Notes: generated by a model not told the origin, from the letters alone. A stretch of 64,000 bases of DNA from Escherichia coli (GCF_044324875.1 NZ_CP172186.1), one strand, 5' to 3'. Counted from the stretch's first letter, positions 1 through 10,119 are shown. Made by a program: numbers and translations.

Positions 1-2
1 TT

Positions 3-101
3 CGTAAGGCATGGAACCACCTTGGCGAAAAGGTGGTTCTTATGGATGAACCTCAGACAGCGCTGGTCCAGGCTATTGCACGCTTCAAAGCGGAGGAGTA
101 A
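3..101 (+). CDS. C-terminal end of upstream gene, probably actin-like segregation ATPase (StbA/ParM-type), partial
   Basis: Frame 3 reads ...GEKVVLMDEPQTALVQAIARFKAEE then stop at 99-101, 3 bp before the ParR-like gene; identity inferred from position only. Confidence 0.4.
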   Translation, partial: RKAWNHLGEKVVLMDEPQTALVQAIARFKAEE

Positions 102-104
102 TCG

Positions 105-497
105 ATGTACGACGGCGAAGAAAGGAAAAAACTTTCACTCTACCTTCACCCGGAGGACTCTGCCGATTGTCTTGCACTGGCTGAAATCGAAACTGTTCCC
201 CGGAAAAAACGGGGGGAGTTATATCGGCAGGCTTTGATAACCGGCCTGATAATGCATCAGCTTGATGAGAGAATTCCCGCCGTGTTAACCGCGCTATTCA
301 CCAGAGAACTGAATGCGGATGAGGTCATTAGTCAGATTGCCAGGATAACAGGCTGGAAACCCTCCTCCGGTGATTTAAAAGAGGTACTGAAGGCGTTGGG
401 AGGGCTTCAGAGTACAGTTTCACCAGAACTCTCTCAGGATGACGGTGAACAGGCCCGTCTGAAAGCGGCTAGGGTGAAGATGCAAAACCTAATCTAA
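105..497 (+). CDS. stbB: ParR/StbB-like partition adaptor protein
   Basis: 130 aa; core ...RGELYRQALITGLIMHQLDERIPAVLTALFTRELNADEV... resembles ParR of R1/StbB of R100 as recalled. Confidence 0.65.
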   Translation: MYDGEERKKLSLYLHPEDSADCLALAEIETVPRKKRGELYRQALITGLIMHQLDERIPAVLTALFTRELNADEVISQIARITGWKPSSGDLKEVLKALGGLQSTVSPELSQDDGEQARLKAARVKMQNLI

Positions 498-652
498 AAA
501 AGTCTCGCTCCGTGAAACCTGCAAAATTTCTCGGGGTGTGCGGCTTAATTTTTAGATTTCCGCGTTTCCCGTCATTTGAGTCAATGGAGTGCTGGTTGAC
601 AGCTCCCTGCTCTGAAGGACGGGGATTCCCACATATGCAGCCAGATTTCCGG

Positions 653-760
653 CTAGTGTGGTTTCAGACGTTGTTCGATTTCATTCTGTAGCGCCTGAAG
701 TGTGCCTGATTTGAGGTTTTTTGTGCTCTGGCGGTCGAAAAGAATTTCAATGCGGATCAT
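653..760 (-). CDS. micro-ORF (35 aa, MIRIEILFDRQSTKNLKSGTLQALQNEIEQRLKPH) immediately downstream of a LexA box; possibly a longer gene broken by an in-frame TAG
   Basis: ATG at 758-760 (minus) preceded by AAGGGAG Shine-Dalgarno; below the ORF-track length cutoff; 23 further sense codons follow the TAG. Confidence 0.3.
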   Translation of the reverse strand: MIRIEILFDRQSTKNLKSGTLQALQNEIEQRLKPH

Positions 761-781
761 GTTCTCATCTCCCTTTTATTT

Positions 782-801
782 TACTGTGTATATATACAGT
801 A
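782..801. promoter_or_regulatory. LexA (SOS) box
   Basis: TACTGTGTATATATACAGTA = CTGT-N8-ACAG palindrome, near-perfect match to the E. coli LexA operator consensus. Confidence 0.6.
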
Positions 802-1153
802 TTCTAATAACTGAATCCACACACAGTCAAATGTCATTGTTGTGACTAAAAAACGCTCAATTCTCTGAGAGTGTGGCTGTATGCCTGCTGTGGACTGCTG
901 TGTCCAGCTTATCCACAGCATTTTGTGCACGGTTCTGTGGACAAAATACCTGGTTACCCAGGCCGTGCCGGCACGTTAACCGGGCTGCATCCGATGCAAG
1001 TGTGTCGCTGTCGCCGGCCTTCTCACCCGGTCACGTTTCGTCGTTCCTCCTCCACGAGCTGCGGCTTCGGGGCCGCACCTGCATTCGTATGCGGTCGCCC
1101 GGTTACAGGTGCGGCACGGCCTGATGGAGGCCGCATGTGAGAGGAGAATTCCC

Positions 1154-2080
1154 ATGCCAAACTGGTGCTCAAATCGTATGTATTTTTCTGGTGAACCGGC
1201 ACAGATTGCTGAGATTAAACGACTGGCCAGCGGTGCAGTCACACCGTTTTATCGCCGCGCCACAAATGAAGGTATTCAGCTGTTTCTGGCCGGAAGTGCC
1301 GGACTTCTGCAGACCACTGAAGATGTGCGGTTTGAACCATGTCCCGGACTGACGGCTGCCGGACGTGGCGTTGTATCGCCGGAGAATATCGCGTTCACCC
1401 GCTGGCTGACATACCTGCAGGACGGTGTACTGCTGGATGAGCAAAACTGCCTGATGCTGCATGAACTCTGGCTGCAGAGCGGTACTGGACAGCGTCGCTG
1501 GGAAGGATTACCGGACGATGTCAGGGATACCATCACCGCACTTTTCACCGCAAAAAGAGGTGACTGGTGTGGCTTCTGGAGTAACGAAGATGTATCGGTG
1601 TGGTGGAACCGTCTGTGTGACAACGTACTGCCGGAAAAAACCATGCCGTTTGACCTGCTGACGGTTCTGCCCACCCGCCTGGATGTTGAAGTGAATGGCT
1701 TTAACGGTGGTGTTCTGAACGGTGTTCCTTCTGCATATCACTGGTATACGGAACGGTATGGCGTGAAGTGGCCTGTGGGGTATGAGGTGAATATCAGTAA
1801 TCAGGGAGACAACTTCATTAAGGTGGATTTCGACACGCCGTGGTGTCAGCCGGAAAGCGACGTTATTGCAGAATTAAGCCGCCGTTTCAGCTGCACGCTG
1901 GAGCACTGGTATGCCGAACAGGGCTGTGATTTCTGTGGCTGGCAGTTGTATGAGCGCGGAGAGCTCGTTGATGTGCTGTGGGGGGAACTGGAATGGTCTT
2001 CCCCGACAGATGACGATGAGCTGCCGGAAGTCACCGGACCTGCGTGGATAGTCGACAATGTGGCGCATTATGGCGGATGA
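1154..2080 (+). CDS. leading-region hypothetical protein (possibly DUF1281-like)
   Basis: 308 aa from MPNWCSNRMYFSGEP; GAGGAG Shine-Dalgarno 8 nt upstream; start chosen inside the 1109..2080 ORF. Confidence 0.6.
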   Translation: MPNWCSNRMYFSGEPAQIAEIKRLASGAVTPFYRRATNEGIQLFLAGSAGLLQTTEDVRFEPCPGLTAAGRGVVSPENIAFTRWLTYLQDGVLLDEQNCLMLHELWLQSGTGQRRWEGLPDDVRDTITALFTAKRGDWCGFWSNEDVSVWWNRLCDNVLPEKTMPFDLLTVLPTRLDVEVNGFNGGVLNGVPSAYHWYTERYGVKWPVGYEVNISNQGDNFIKVDFDTPWCQPESDVIAELSRRFSCTLEHWYAEQGCDFCGWQLYERGELVDVLWGELEWSSPTDDDELPEVTGPAWIVDNVAHYGG

Positions 2081-2462
2081 AGTATGACGGAGACGGGCGG
2101 GCAACTGCCCGTTTCTTTTCCGGTAAAGGATGTCGCCATGCTCCTCTTTTTACTGCGCCGGCTGACGCGGCGCGGCATAAACGCTGCCTGTGGTCAGTGT
2201 CCCGCGTCCGGTGGGCACGGGACGGGCGCTTTTACCGCTCCCGGCTGGCGTCGGTGACAGTGTACGCCAGCCTGTCGCCCTTTTCTGATGAACGCCCTTC
2301 AAGCCGCTTTCGCGGCATAACCTTGCCGTCAAACAGACGACGGCTGCGGTATTCCACGGTCGGCCTGACCCGTTACCGGACGCGGTGAACAGCCCACAGG
2401 CAGCGGGGAACGGGCACCACAGGGGTGCCCTCCCGGTGCCCCCTGTAAGAGAAGGAGCTGTT

Positions 2463-3146
2463 ATGTCCCGTTTTATCCTGGGTGACTGCGTGCGTGTTAT
2501 GGCCACGATTCCTGATAACGCCATTGATTTCATATTAACCGATCCGCCATATCTCGTCGGTTTCCGTGACCGTTCCGGGCGCACCATTGCCGGTGACGTT
2601 AATGATGACTGGCTGCAACCGGCCTGTAATGAGATGTACCGCGTACTCAAAAAAGACGCGCTGATGGTCAGCTTCTACGGCTGGCACCGTATTGACCGCT
2701 TTATGGCGGCCTGGAAACGCGCCGGATTCAGCGTGGTTGGCCACCTGGTCTTCACCAAAAACTACACATCCAAATCTGCGTATGTCGCGTACCGCCACGA
2801 ATGCGCTTACATCCTGGCAAAGGGCAGTCCGGCCCGGCCCCGTAACCCGCTGCCGGATGTGCTGGGCTGGAAATATTCGGGCAACCGCCATCACCCGACG
2901 GAAAAGCCCGTTACCAGCCTGCAACCGCTGATTGAGAGCTTCACACATCCGAACGCGATTGTGCTGGATCCGTTTGCAGGCAGCGGTTCAACCTGCGTGG
3001 CCGCCCTTCAGTCCGGACGCCGGTATATCGGTATCGAGCTGCTTGAACAGTATCACCGTGCCGGACAGCAACGACTGGCCGCCGTGCAACGGGCCATGCA
3101 GCAGGGGGCCGCGAATGATAACTGGTTTATGCCGGAGGCTGCGTAA
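2463..3146 (+). CDS. orphan DNA methyltransferase (amino-methyltransferase, DPPY motif)
   Basis: 227 aa; ...FILTDPPYLVGF... catalytic motif and ...LDPFAGSGST... AdoMet-binding motif; GAAGGAG RBS; no adjacent restriction gene. Confidence 0.85.
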   Translation: MSRFILGDCVRVMATIPDNAIDFILTDPPYLVGFRDRSGRTIAGDVNDDWLQPACNEMYRVLKKDALMVSFYGWHRIDRFMAAWKRAGFSVVGHLVFTKNYTSKSAYVAYRHECAYILAKGSPARPRNPLPDVLGWKYSGNRHHPTEKPVTSLQPLIESFTHPNAIVLDPFAGSGSTCVAALQSGRRYIGIELLEQYHRAGQQRLAAVQRAMQQGAANDNWFMPEAA

Positions 3147-3368
3147 ATGAACTATGCCGGACACGAAAAACTTCGCGCCGACGTGGCGGAGGTGGCCAAT
3201 GCCATGTGCGACCTGCGTACAACCATGAATGAGATGGAGCGGCGGTACAGCTTTAATGCTGACACCCTGCCGGAACGTCTGGTGCGTCAGACGTTGTTTC
3301 GCGCAAACCGCCTCCTGATGGAGGCATATACCGAAATTCTGGAACTGGATTCCTGCTTCAAAGATTGA
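3147..3368 (+). CDS. hypothetical small protein, translationally coupled to the methyltransferase
   Basis: 73 aa; start overlaps methyltransferase stop (TAAATG). Confidence 0.45.
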   Translation: MNYAGHEKLRADVAEVANAMCDLRTTMNEMERRYSFNADTLPERLVRQTLFRANRLLMEAYTEILELDSCFKD

Positions 3369-3381
3369 GAAGGAGACGAGA

Positions 3382-3816
3382 ATGTACGGAACATGCGAAA
3401 CGCTATGCCGGGCGCTGGCAGCAAAGTATCCGGGAGATACGCCGCTGATGCTGGTTATCTGGTCCCCGGAAGAAATTCAGGCCCTCGCTGACGGAATGGA
3501 TATTTCCCTGTCCGATCATGAAATCAGGACTGTCCTGGCGCGGCTGGCGGACATCCCGGAAGACCAGCGGACTGAGTCCGGTATTTCTTCCGGCGTGGCG
3601 ATGGAGATTATCAGCAACGTGAGCGAAAACCGCCAGGTGACCGTCCCGGCTGAACTGCTGGCGTCCCTGATTCAGACCGCCGAACAGGCACTGTGGAAAC
3701 GTGAATGGGCCGCCCGTGATTACGGCCTCGCCGTCCCGGAATGCGTCACCCGCCGTCAGGCGGTGGTTAATCAGGCCCGCATCCTGCTGAAAAACAACCC
3801 ACACGAAAACGACTGA
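3382..3816 (+). CDS. leading-region hypothetical protein (paralog of 5518..5937)
   Basis: 144 aa; shares length, acidic character and a VTVPA motif with the 5518 ORF. Confidence 0.6.
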   Translation: MYGTCETLCRALAAKYPGDTPLMLVIWSPEEIQALADGMDISLSDHEIRTVLARLADIPEDQRTESGISSGVAMEIISNVSENRQVTVPAELLASLIQTAEQALWKREWAARDYGLAVPECVTRRQAVVNQARILLKNNPHEND

Positions 3817-3860
3817 TGTTATCGCCGCCTTCGGGCGGCGATTCAGGGAGACCATGAATC

Positions 3861-4631
3861 ATGAACAAAACGCTGAATGCACTGGTTTGTCACCACGCCC
3901 GTAACCTGCTGCTGGCGCAGGGCTGGCCGGAAGAGACGGATGTTGACCAGCGTAACCCGAAGTATCCGGGCTGGATCAGCATTTATGTTCTGCTGGATGC
4001 GCCCCGGCTGGCGACGTTACTTATCAACCGTCACGGCGGCGTACTGCCGCCGCTCCTGGCCTCCGCCATTCACAAACTGACCGGAACCGGGGCGGAAGTT
4101 GTACTGTCCGGCAGTCAGTGGCAGTCGCTGCCGGTACTTCCGGCAGACGGAACGCAGGTGTCTTTCCCGTATGCCGGAGAATGGCTGACCGAAGACGAAA
4201 TCAGGGCAGTTCTTGATGCAGTGCGCGATGCGGTACGCAGTGTCAGTTGCCGGGTGACAGAAGATGCGCGGCGTATCAGGGCGGCGCTGACCACAACCGG
4301 TCAGACGTTGCTGACCCGCCAGACGCGGCGCTTTCGCCTGGTTGTGAAGGAAAGCGATCACCCCTGCTGGCTCGATGAAGACGACGAAAACCTGCCCGTG
4401 GTGCTCGATGCCATCCTGAACCGGGGCGCTCGTTTTTCTTCGGTGGAAATGTATCTGGTCAGTGAGTGTGTGGAGCATATCCTGTCCAGTGGGCTGGCCT
4501 GCGATGTGCTGCGTATACCGGATGAACCGCCCCGCCGGTGGTTTGACCGTGGTGTTCTGCGGGAGGTGGTCCGGGAAGCCCGGGCCGAAATCCGCAGCAT
4601 GGCGGATGCCCTGGCAAAAATCCGGAAATGA
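3861..4631 (+). CDS. leading-region hypothetical protein
   Basis: 256 aa ORF, same strand and codon style as neighbours. Confidence 0.6.
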   Translation: MNKTLNALVCHHARNLLLAQGWPEETDVDQRNPKYPGWISIYVLLDAPRLATLLINRHGGVLPPLLASAIHKLTGTGAEVVLSGSQWQSLPVLPADGTQVSFPYAGEWLTEDEIRAVLDAVRDAVRSVSCRVTEDARRIRAALTTTGQTLLTRQTRRFRLVVKESDHPCWLDEDDENLPVVLDAILNRGARFSSVEMYLVSECVEHILSSGLACDVLRIPDEPPRRWFDRGVLREVVREARAEIRSMADALAKIRK

Positions 4632-4687
4632 TGACGCTGGCGGGGAAAAATCTCCGCCTTTTCCAGCCGGTCCCCGGAAAGAGCAAA

Positions 4688-5040
4688 AGGATGTCGCCGC
4701 AGGCTCCGCTTTACTCGGCCATGCGGGGCATGGCCTTGTGGGTTTTCAGTTATGTGGCCTCAGCGTCGTGTGCGGGCTGTGCCGTGCCTCCATCGTAGCC
4801 GGGCTTCTGCGGGCGGGTTGCAAGGTAAGGTGAACCGCTGCGGTCACCCGGTCCCTCCTTCCCGTCTGCCGTGATTTTCCGGTCGTTCACCCGCTCAGAT
4901 TTCGCGGTCTCACCCTCCAACTCCCGCCAGCCGTGTGCGTCAGGCTGCGGCTTCCCTTGCGCCCTTGCAACCCTGCAGGCCCGGCAAAGATGGAGGCACG
5001 GCACCGCCCGGTGTCGCGGAATATGTGAACAACGGAGGAA
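4688..5040 (+). promoter_or_regulatory. single-strand-promoter-like structured element, family A copy 1 (upstream of klcA)
   Basis: ~350-bp GC-rich element with long-range inverted repeats (TGCCGTGCCTCCATC ... GATGGAGGCACGGCA), near-identical to 16918..17275. Confidence 0.5.
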
Positions 5041-5045
5041 ATCCC

Positions 5046-5471
5046 ATGCAGTATGCGAAACCTGTCACCCTGAACGTTGAAGAGTGCGACCGCCTTTCTT
5101 TTCTGCCTTACCTGTTTGGCAACGATTTTCTGTATGCCGAGGCGTATGTGTACGCGCTGGCGCAAAAAATGATGCCGGAATATCAGGGAGGCTTCTGGCA
5201 TTTCATCCGCCTGCCGGACGGTGGCGGTTACATGATGCCGGATGGCGACCGTTTTCATCTGGTCAACGGTGAAAACTGGTTTGACCGCACTGTGAGTGCT
5301 GATGCCGCAGGCATCATTGTTACGTCTCTTGTGATTAACCGCCAGTTGTGGCTGTACCACGACAGCGGGGATGCGGGACTGACACACCTGTACCGGATGC
5401 GTGATGCGCAGTTGTGGCGTCACATCGAATTTCACCCCGAATGCAACGCGATTTACGCGGCACTGGACTGA
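5046..5471 (+). CDS. klcA: antirestriction protein KlcA/ArdB family
   Basis: 141 aa from MQYAKPVTLNVEECDRLSFLPYLFGNDFLYAEAYVYALAQ..., recalled KlcA/ArdB signature. Confidence 0.75.
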   Translation: MQYAKPVTLNVEECDRLSFLPYLFGNDFLYAEAYVYALAQKMMPEYQGGFWHFIRLPDGGGYMMPDGDRFHLVNGENWFDRTVSADAAGIIVTSLVINRQLWLYHDSGDAGLTHLYRMRDAQLWRHIEFHPECNAIYAALD

Positions 5472-5517
5472 TTAACGGACGGGGCGGCAATGCCGCCCCT
5501 GTAAAGGAGACGAGAAC

Positions 5518-5937
5518 ATGTACTGTACTGTTAAAGAAATTATCCGCGAAGTGCTGAATACAGACGTGCCGGACAGTGAATGTGTTTTTGCCGTGGTGCT
5601 GACCCGCGGGGATGTGCGCCACATAGCCCGGGACTGGAACCTGTCAGACGATGAGCTGGAAACCGTCATGCAGCGGCTGGACGATGCTTTTGTATATGGC
5701 GCATGTGACAGAGTTGTTTCCGATATTGTCAATGAACTGATGGAGGAAAAGCGCGTAAACCGTCTTGTAACAGTTCCTGCGGTGCTGCTGGAAAAAGTGA
5801 TGGTGATGGCTGGTAGTGAAATTTATCGCCTCCATGCTGTAGGGAGCGAGAACGGGGGCGACGGTGACGCATTTGTCAGGGAAGAACGTGAGATTATGCG
5901 GGTAATGCGTCAGGCGCTGGACGGGGAGAACGGGTAA
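5518..5937 (+). CDS. leading-region hypothetical protein (paralog of 3382..3816)
   Basis: 139 aa; RBS GGAGACGAG. Confidence 0.6.
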   Translation: MYCTVKEIIREVLNTDVPDSECVFAVVLTRGDVRHIARDWNLSDDELETVMQRLDDAFVYGACDRVVSDIVNELMEEKRVNRLVTVPAVLLEKVMVMAGSEIYRLHAVGSENGGDGDAFVREEREIMRVMRQALDGENG

Positions 5938-6128
5938 TGAATATCAGCACGGAAACCCGCGAAATTCTGCGTAATTACAGGGCCGTGATTAATGCGCGGC
6001 GTCGTGAAATGGGGCAGAAACCGCTCACCACCGCGCAGATTGTTGATGAAATCTGTGATTTTGTGGCGAATCAGCAGGCGGTTTTCCTCGGTGGTCACTA
6101 TATCCTTCAGGGCAGCAGGCACAGGTGA
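5937..6128 (+). CDS. hypothetical small protein
   Basis: 63 aa, start overlaps previous stop. Confidence 0.35.
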   Translation: MNISTETREILRNYRAVINARRREMGQKPLTTAQIVDEICDFVANQQAVFLGGHYILQGSRHR

Positions 6129-6289
6129 TACAGGGGCAGGCGGTGGAGGCCGCCTGTCAGCCCGCGCGAAAACCCCTGGCAGGCTGGCGCCTGCCGGAAG
6201 GGATGCGGGCCACGCTGGCGCGTCGCCCGTTACCCTTCCTGTTGGTGACAGGCGTTGTTTCAGGAAGTACCTGTTACAGACCTGTCGTT

Positions 6290-6875
6290 AAAGAACCTTC
6301 TTACACATGCGCCCCTTCGGCTCCCGGCTGCCTGGCGGCATCCGGTCGTCAGGCCCGACTCCGACAGGCAGCTGCTGGCGCACCCGCCAGTCTCCGCCGA
6401 ACCCGCTGGCGCGGTTTCGGGCTGTCGCTACGGTCCGATGCGTGAAAACCCGGGCTTGCAGCGACCGTTCCGGTCGCGCCGCCTCTGTCGCGCCGTGACC
6501 TGCGCTCCCTGCACACCTGACGGTGTGTGAGGAAACTGCGCCTGATGGCGCAGCAGTCCTCCCTCCTGCCGCCACCTCTGCGGCCTGTTTCCCGCTGTGG
6601 ACTTTCCGGGGGGCAGACGTAACCCCCTCCCGTTCCATCTGTCCAGGGTGAGATGCACCGGCCACAAAATTTTTAGCCATGAACCCGGCAAAAAATTTTG
6701 CGTCCGCCCCCGGACAGCTGCCCCGTGAGGCGGTAAACGGGCCCCCATCGGAAAGGTCCACTGCGGGGAGAAACCCCTGTGAAGTGGACGGCAGGAGGAG
6801 CTTTCGCTCCTCTGAAGGGGCACATGAACGTCCCGTCGCCGGTATCCGGTTTATCTCACATCTTTCAGTCAGGAG
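6290..6875 (+). promoter_or_regulatory. single-strand-promoter-like structured element, family B copy 1 (upstream of ssb)
   Basis: ~580-bp GC-rich repeat also found at 17935..18505 and, 3' part only, 20990..21380; contains CCACAAAA(C/T)TTTT...GCGTC(C/T)GCCCCCGGACA(G/A)CTGCCCCGTG core. Confidence 0.5.
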
Positions 6876-6881
6876 GTTCTT

Positions 6882-9800
6882 ATGAGTGCACGTGGTATCA
6901 ACAAGGTCATCCTCGTCGGGGTGCGCCGTTGAAGCGCGGTGTTTTATGGAGTGTTGCCTGAAAAGCAACATGGCTTAGTGGTATAGCCATTGCATACTGT
7001 GGTTAGCCTTGCTTGGTAACAGGCTCGGAGATCCTGAAAAGGAGAGGTGAACATAGCATCCACAGAAAAGGGTGGTGAATATGGAAATCGTTATAAGTAT
7101 CACCATTCAATGCAAGATGTATATGGATAAACTGGGTTTGTTGAAGTCGAGATCTATGTGGGAAACAGGAAACCAATAACGCAGAACGATTGAAGCGTTA
7201 TTCCCGTACTAGCACAAGAAATCCGTCCGACGTTGATTGTGACCACTCTAACGGGCCAGCTATTGATGAAATAGTTAAACGATCGAAAGACATCCTAAGT
7301 ACATCGCATCTCCACACCGTGAAACTACGGGACTACCTAAACTGGATTTATACCCAGCATGGTAGCGGAGTCTCCATAGTACTCAAGGTCGGCCTGTAAT
7401 GGGTTCCGGCAGTCCGCATTATACGGAAGCAGCAAAGGTATAAATCAACCGGAAGGAAGATGAAAGCCTCACAGTGCTGCGGGGAAGGGAGACAGTTGTT
7501 AGATACATCAATCTCTAAGAGGAGGGTTAGCCAATGCTGCCTGATGAACTTGAGAAAAGATTAGATGGAATTGAGGATGCTTCAAAAAAAGGGTATCCAG
7601 TACGTAATCTATACAAAATTGCGTGTGAGCCCGGACTGTGGCTGCAAGCCTACGTGAATATACGGGCCAATGCAGGTGCACTGACTCAAGGTGTATCAAC
7701 AGATACCATTGATGGCTTTTCTATCGAAAGAGCAGAGAAGCTGGCAAAAACATTGCGGAGTAGAGAATACGTAGCGAAACCTGTACGCAGAGTTCAGATC
7801 CCAAAAAAGGACGGAAAAACCAGACCGCTGGGGATTCCAGGTGGAGACGATAAACTGGCGCAAGAAGTAGCAAGAATTATTCTGGAAAGGGTTTATGAAC
7901 CAGTATTCTCTGAACACTCTCATGGATTCAGACCAAAACGTTCGTGTGAAACTGCGCTCAGATCTATTCGTCCAGTCTGGAACGGAGTTAAATGGATCGT
8001 GGATGTTGATATCAAAGGTTTCTTTGACAATATCCCCCACAAACTATTGCTGAATACACTGGCAGAGAAAATTAAGGATAAGAATTTCCTGAAATTAATC
8101 GAACAGTGGCTGAAGGCAGGATATGTGGACAATTGGAAATACCATCGCTCATATTCTGGCACGCCACAAGGTGGGATAATTTCTCCCTTACTGGCAAATA
8201 TATACCTCGACAAACTGGACCGTTTTGTAGAACAGAATTTAATTCCTGCATATACAAGCGGTACAAAACGAAGAGCGAATCCAGATATGAACAGGCTGGC
8301 CCATAAGATTCATAAACTACGAAAGAAAGTAGACGGTATGGCAACTGATTCTGAATCAGAAAAAGAAGCCATAAAGAAAGAAATTGAACGACTGCTTGAA
8401 GAAAAACGTTCTATACCATCTCAGGTCATGAACGATCCAAACTTCAGGCGTATGTACTATGTTCGATATGCTGATGACTTCGTAATCGGTGTCATCGGCT
8501 CGAAGAAAGATGCTGAACATATATCAAGACAGGTCAGAAACTTTATTACTACTTCACTGGGATTGGAAGTTAATGAAGCAAAGACCAGGATCCGCCATAT
8601 CTCAGAAGGAGTTAATTTTTTAGGCTATGAAATCAGACAGGCAGATGCAAAGAAATTGCTGAAGCAGAAAATGCAAGGGCGGCACGCTCTCCGGAGATCC
8701 ACCACAGGAATTGTGCAGCTCTTCGTTCCTGACAATATAGCCGCTAAATTTTGTCACCAAAAGAAATATGGCTGTTATGAGAATGTGAAGGCTGTACATC
8801 GTTCAAGTCTACAAAATCTCAGTGAAGCTGAAATTGTTCTGACTTTCAACGCGGAAATGCGCGGATTGGCGAACTACTACAGTCTGGCGCTGGACATGAA
8901 ATATAAATTATCAAAATTATATTTCATATGGCAAATAAGCCTTTTTAAGACCCTGGCGAATAAACGACGTAGTTCAGTGAATAAAGTCGCCAAATCGCTA
9001 CGGCAAAATAATGGAGATCTGGCTATTACCGTTCAGGCCAAAAATGGATCCCGAAAGATTGAGGTTTTCAAACTCAAACATGTCAATCGCAACCGAACAA
9101 CGATTGTCGATACGGAACCGAGAACCGCACATATCACAACCCGCACAACAGAGATCATGCGTCGATTAGGGGCAAGGATCTGCGAGTATTGTGCGAAGAC
9201 TGGGCGCTGCGAAGTACATCATGTCAGAAAGCTAAAAGACCTGAAGAAAGGTCGTAAGGCCGGATATAAACCCAGCTTGTGGCAACTAATGATGATCGCA
9301 CGCCGCCGGAAAACGATGATTTTGTGCGCAAGTTGCCACGACAAGTTACATAGCGGAAAACTACCCGATTTGAGACAGGAAAAGGGAAGAATACTCCTGC
9401 AACCACCTGTCTCAAGCGGGGATTCTGCTAAATGAGTTTATCCCCAATAAGCTAGCAATGGAGAGCCGTATGCACTGAAAGGTGCACGTACGGTTCGGAG
9501 GGGGGGTAACGGTGATCTAACTCAAGATAAGCAGGACATATTCGCCATTTATCTTGAAAGACCACACGTACCCTACCCTACCGTCTGGGCAATGATCCGG
9601 AAGTCTGTTACATCCCCAACGGGGGCGCAGTGGCAAACCTGCAGGTCGCCACGTCAGAAAGCTGGCGCGACAAACAGACGGGGGAGATGCGGGAGCAGAC
9701 GGAATGGCACCGCGTGGTGCTGTTCGGCAAGCTCGCGGAAGTGGCTGGTGAATATCTGCGCAAGGGCGCGCAGGTCTACATCGAGGGGCAACTCCGTACC

Positions 9801-10064
9801 CGTAGCTGGGAGGATAACGGTATCACCCGTTACGTCACTGAAATTCTTGTTAAGACCACGGGCACCATGCAGATGCTGGGGAGTGCACCACAGCAGAACG
9901 CTCAGGCGCAACCGAAGCCTCAGCAGAATGGGCAGCCACAGAGTGCTGACGCGACGAAAAAAGGTGGCGCGAAAACGAAAGGCCGTGGACGTAAGGCCGC
10001 GCAGCCGGAGCCTCAGCAGCCGTCTGAACCCGCGTATGACTTCGATGACGACATTCCGTTCTAA
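6882..10064 (+). CDS. ssb: plasmid single-stranded DNA-binding protein, split by a group II intron (exon 1 6882..6920, exon 2 9582..10064)
   Basis: Exon 1 [13 protein letters not shown]; exon 2 [35 protein letters not shown]...DDIPF; exons are in frame and together match the plasmid SSB N-terminus. Confidence 0.8.
7534..9435 (+). CDS. group II intron-encoded reverse transcriptase/maturase with HNH endonuclease domain
   Basis: 633 aa; RT motifs [31 protein letters not shown]; C-terminal CEYC...HHV...CASCHDKLH zinc/HNH motif. Confidence 0.9.
   Translation: MLPDELEKRLDGIEDASKKGYPVRNLYKIACEPGLWLQAYVNIRANAGALTQGVSTDTIDGFSIERAEKLAKTLRSREYVAKPVRRVQIPKKDGKTRPLGIPGGDDKLAQEVARIILERVYEPVFSEHSHGFRPKRSCETALRSIRPVWNGVKWIVDVDIKGFFDNIPHKLLLNTLAEKIKDKNFLKLIEQWLKAGYVDNWKYHRSYSGTPQGGIISPLLANIYLDKLDRFVEQNLIPAYTSGTKRRANPDMNRLAHKIHKLRKKVDGMATDSESEKEAIKKEIERLLEEKRSIPSQVMNDPNFRRMYYVRYADDFVIGVIGSKKDAEHISRQVRNFITTSLGLEVNEAKTRIRHISEGVNFLGYEIRQADAKKLLKQKMQGRHALRRSTTGIVQLFVPDNIAAKFCHQKKYGCYENVKAVHRSSLQNLSEAEIVLTFNAEMRGLANYYSLALDMKYKLSKLYFIWQISLFKTLANKRRSSVNKVAKSLRQNNGDLAITVQAKNGSRKIEVFKLKHVNRNRTTIVDTEPRTAHITTRTTEIMRRLGARICEYCAKTGRCEVHHVRKLKDLKKGRKAGYKPSLWQLMMIARRRKTMILCASCHDKLHSGKLPDLRQEKGRILLQPPVSSGDSAK
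9461..9494 (+). ncRNA. group II intron domain V (catalytic hairpin)
   Basis: 34-nt hairpin GAGCCGTATGCAC-TGAAAG-GTGCACGTACGGTTC matching the domain V pattern. Confidence 0.65.
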
Positions 10065-10119
10065 CGAAAGACAGTGACAACCGCCCCGTCCAGTGCGGGG
10101 CATCACCGGAGAGATGAGG

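Larger units (their letters stand above)
6921..9581 (+). mobile_element. group II intron (~2.66 kb) inserted in ssb
   Basis: Begins GTGCGCC (GUGYG); RT/maturase/HNH ORF in domain IV; domain V-like GAGCCGTATGCACTGAAAGGTGCACGTACGGTTC at 9461..9494; 3' boundary inferred from exon reading frame. Confidence 0.8.

Noticed and set aside
22-237. 71-aa ORF at the window start
   Set aside because: It overlaps the ParR-like gene start out of frame. Frame 3 instead gives a clean C-terminus ending 3 bp before the stbB ATG.
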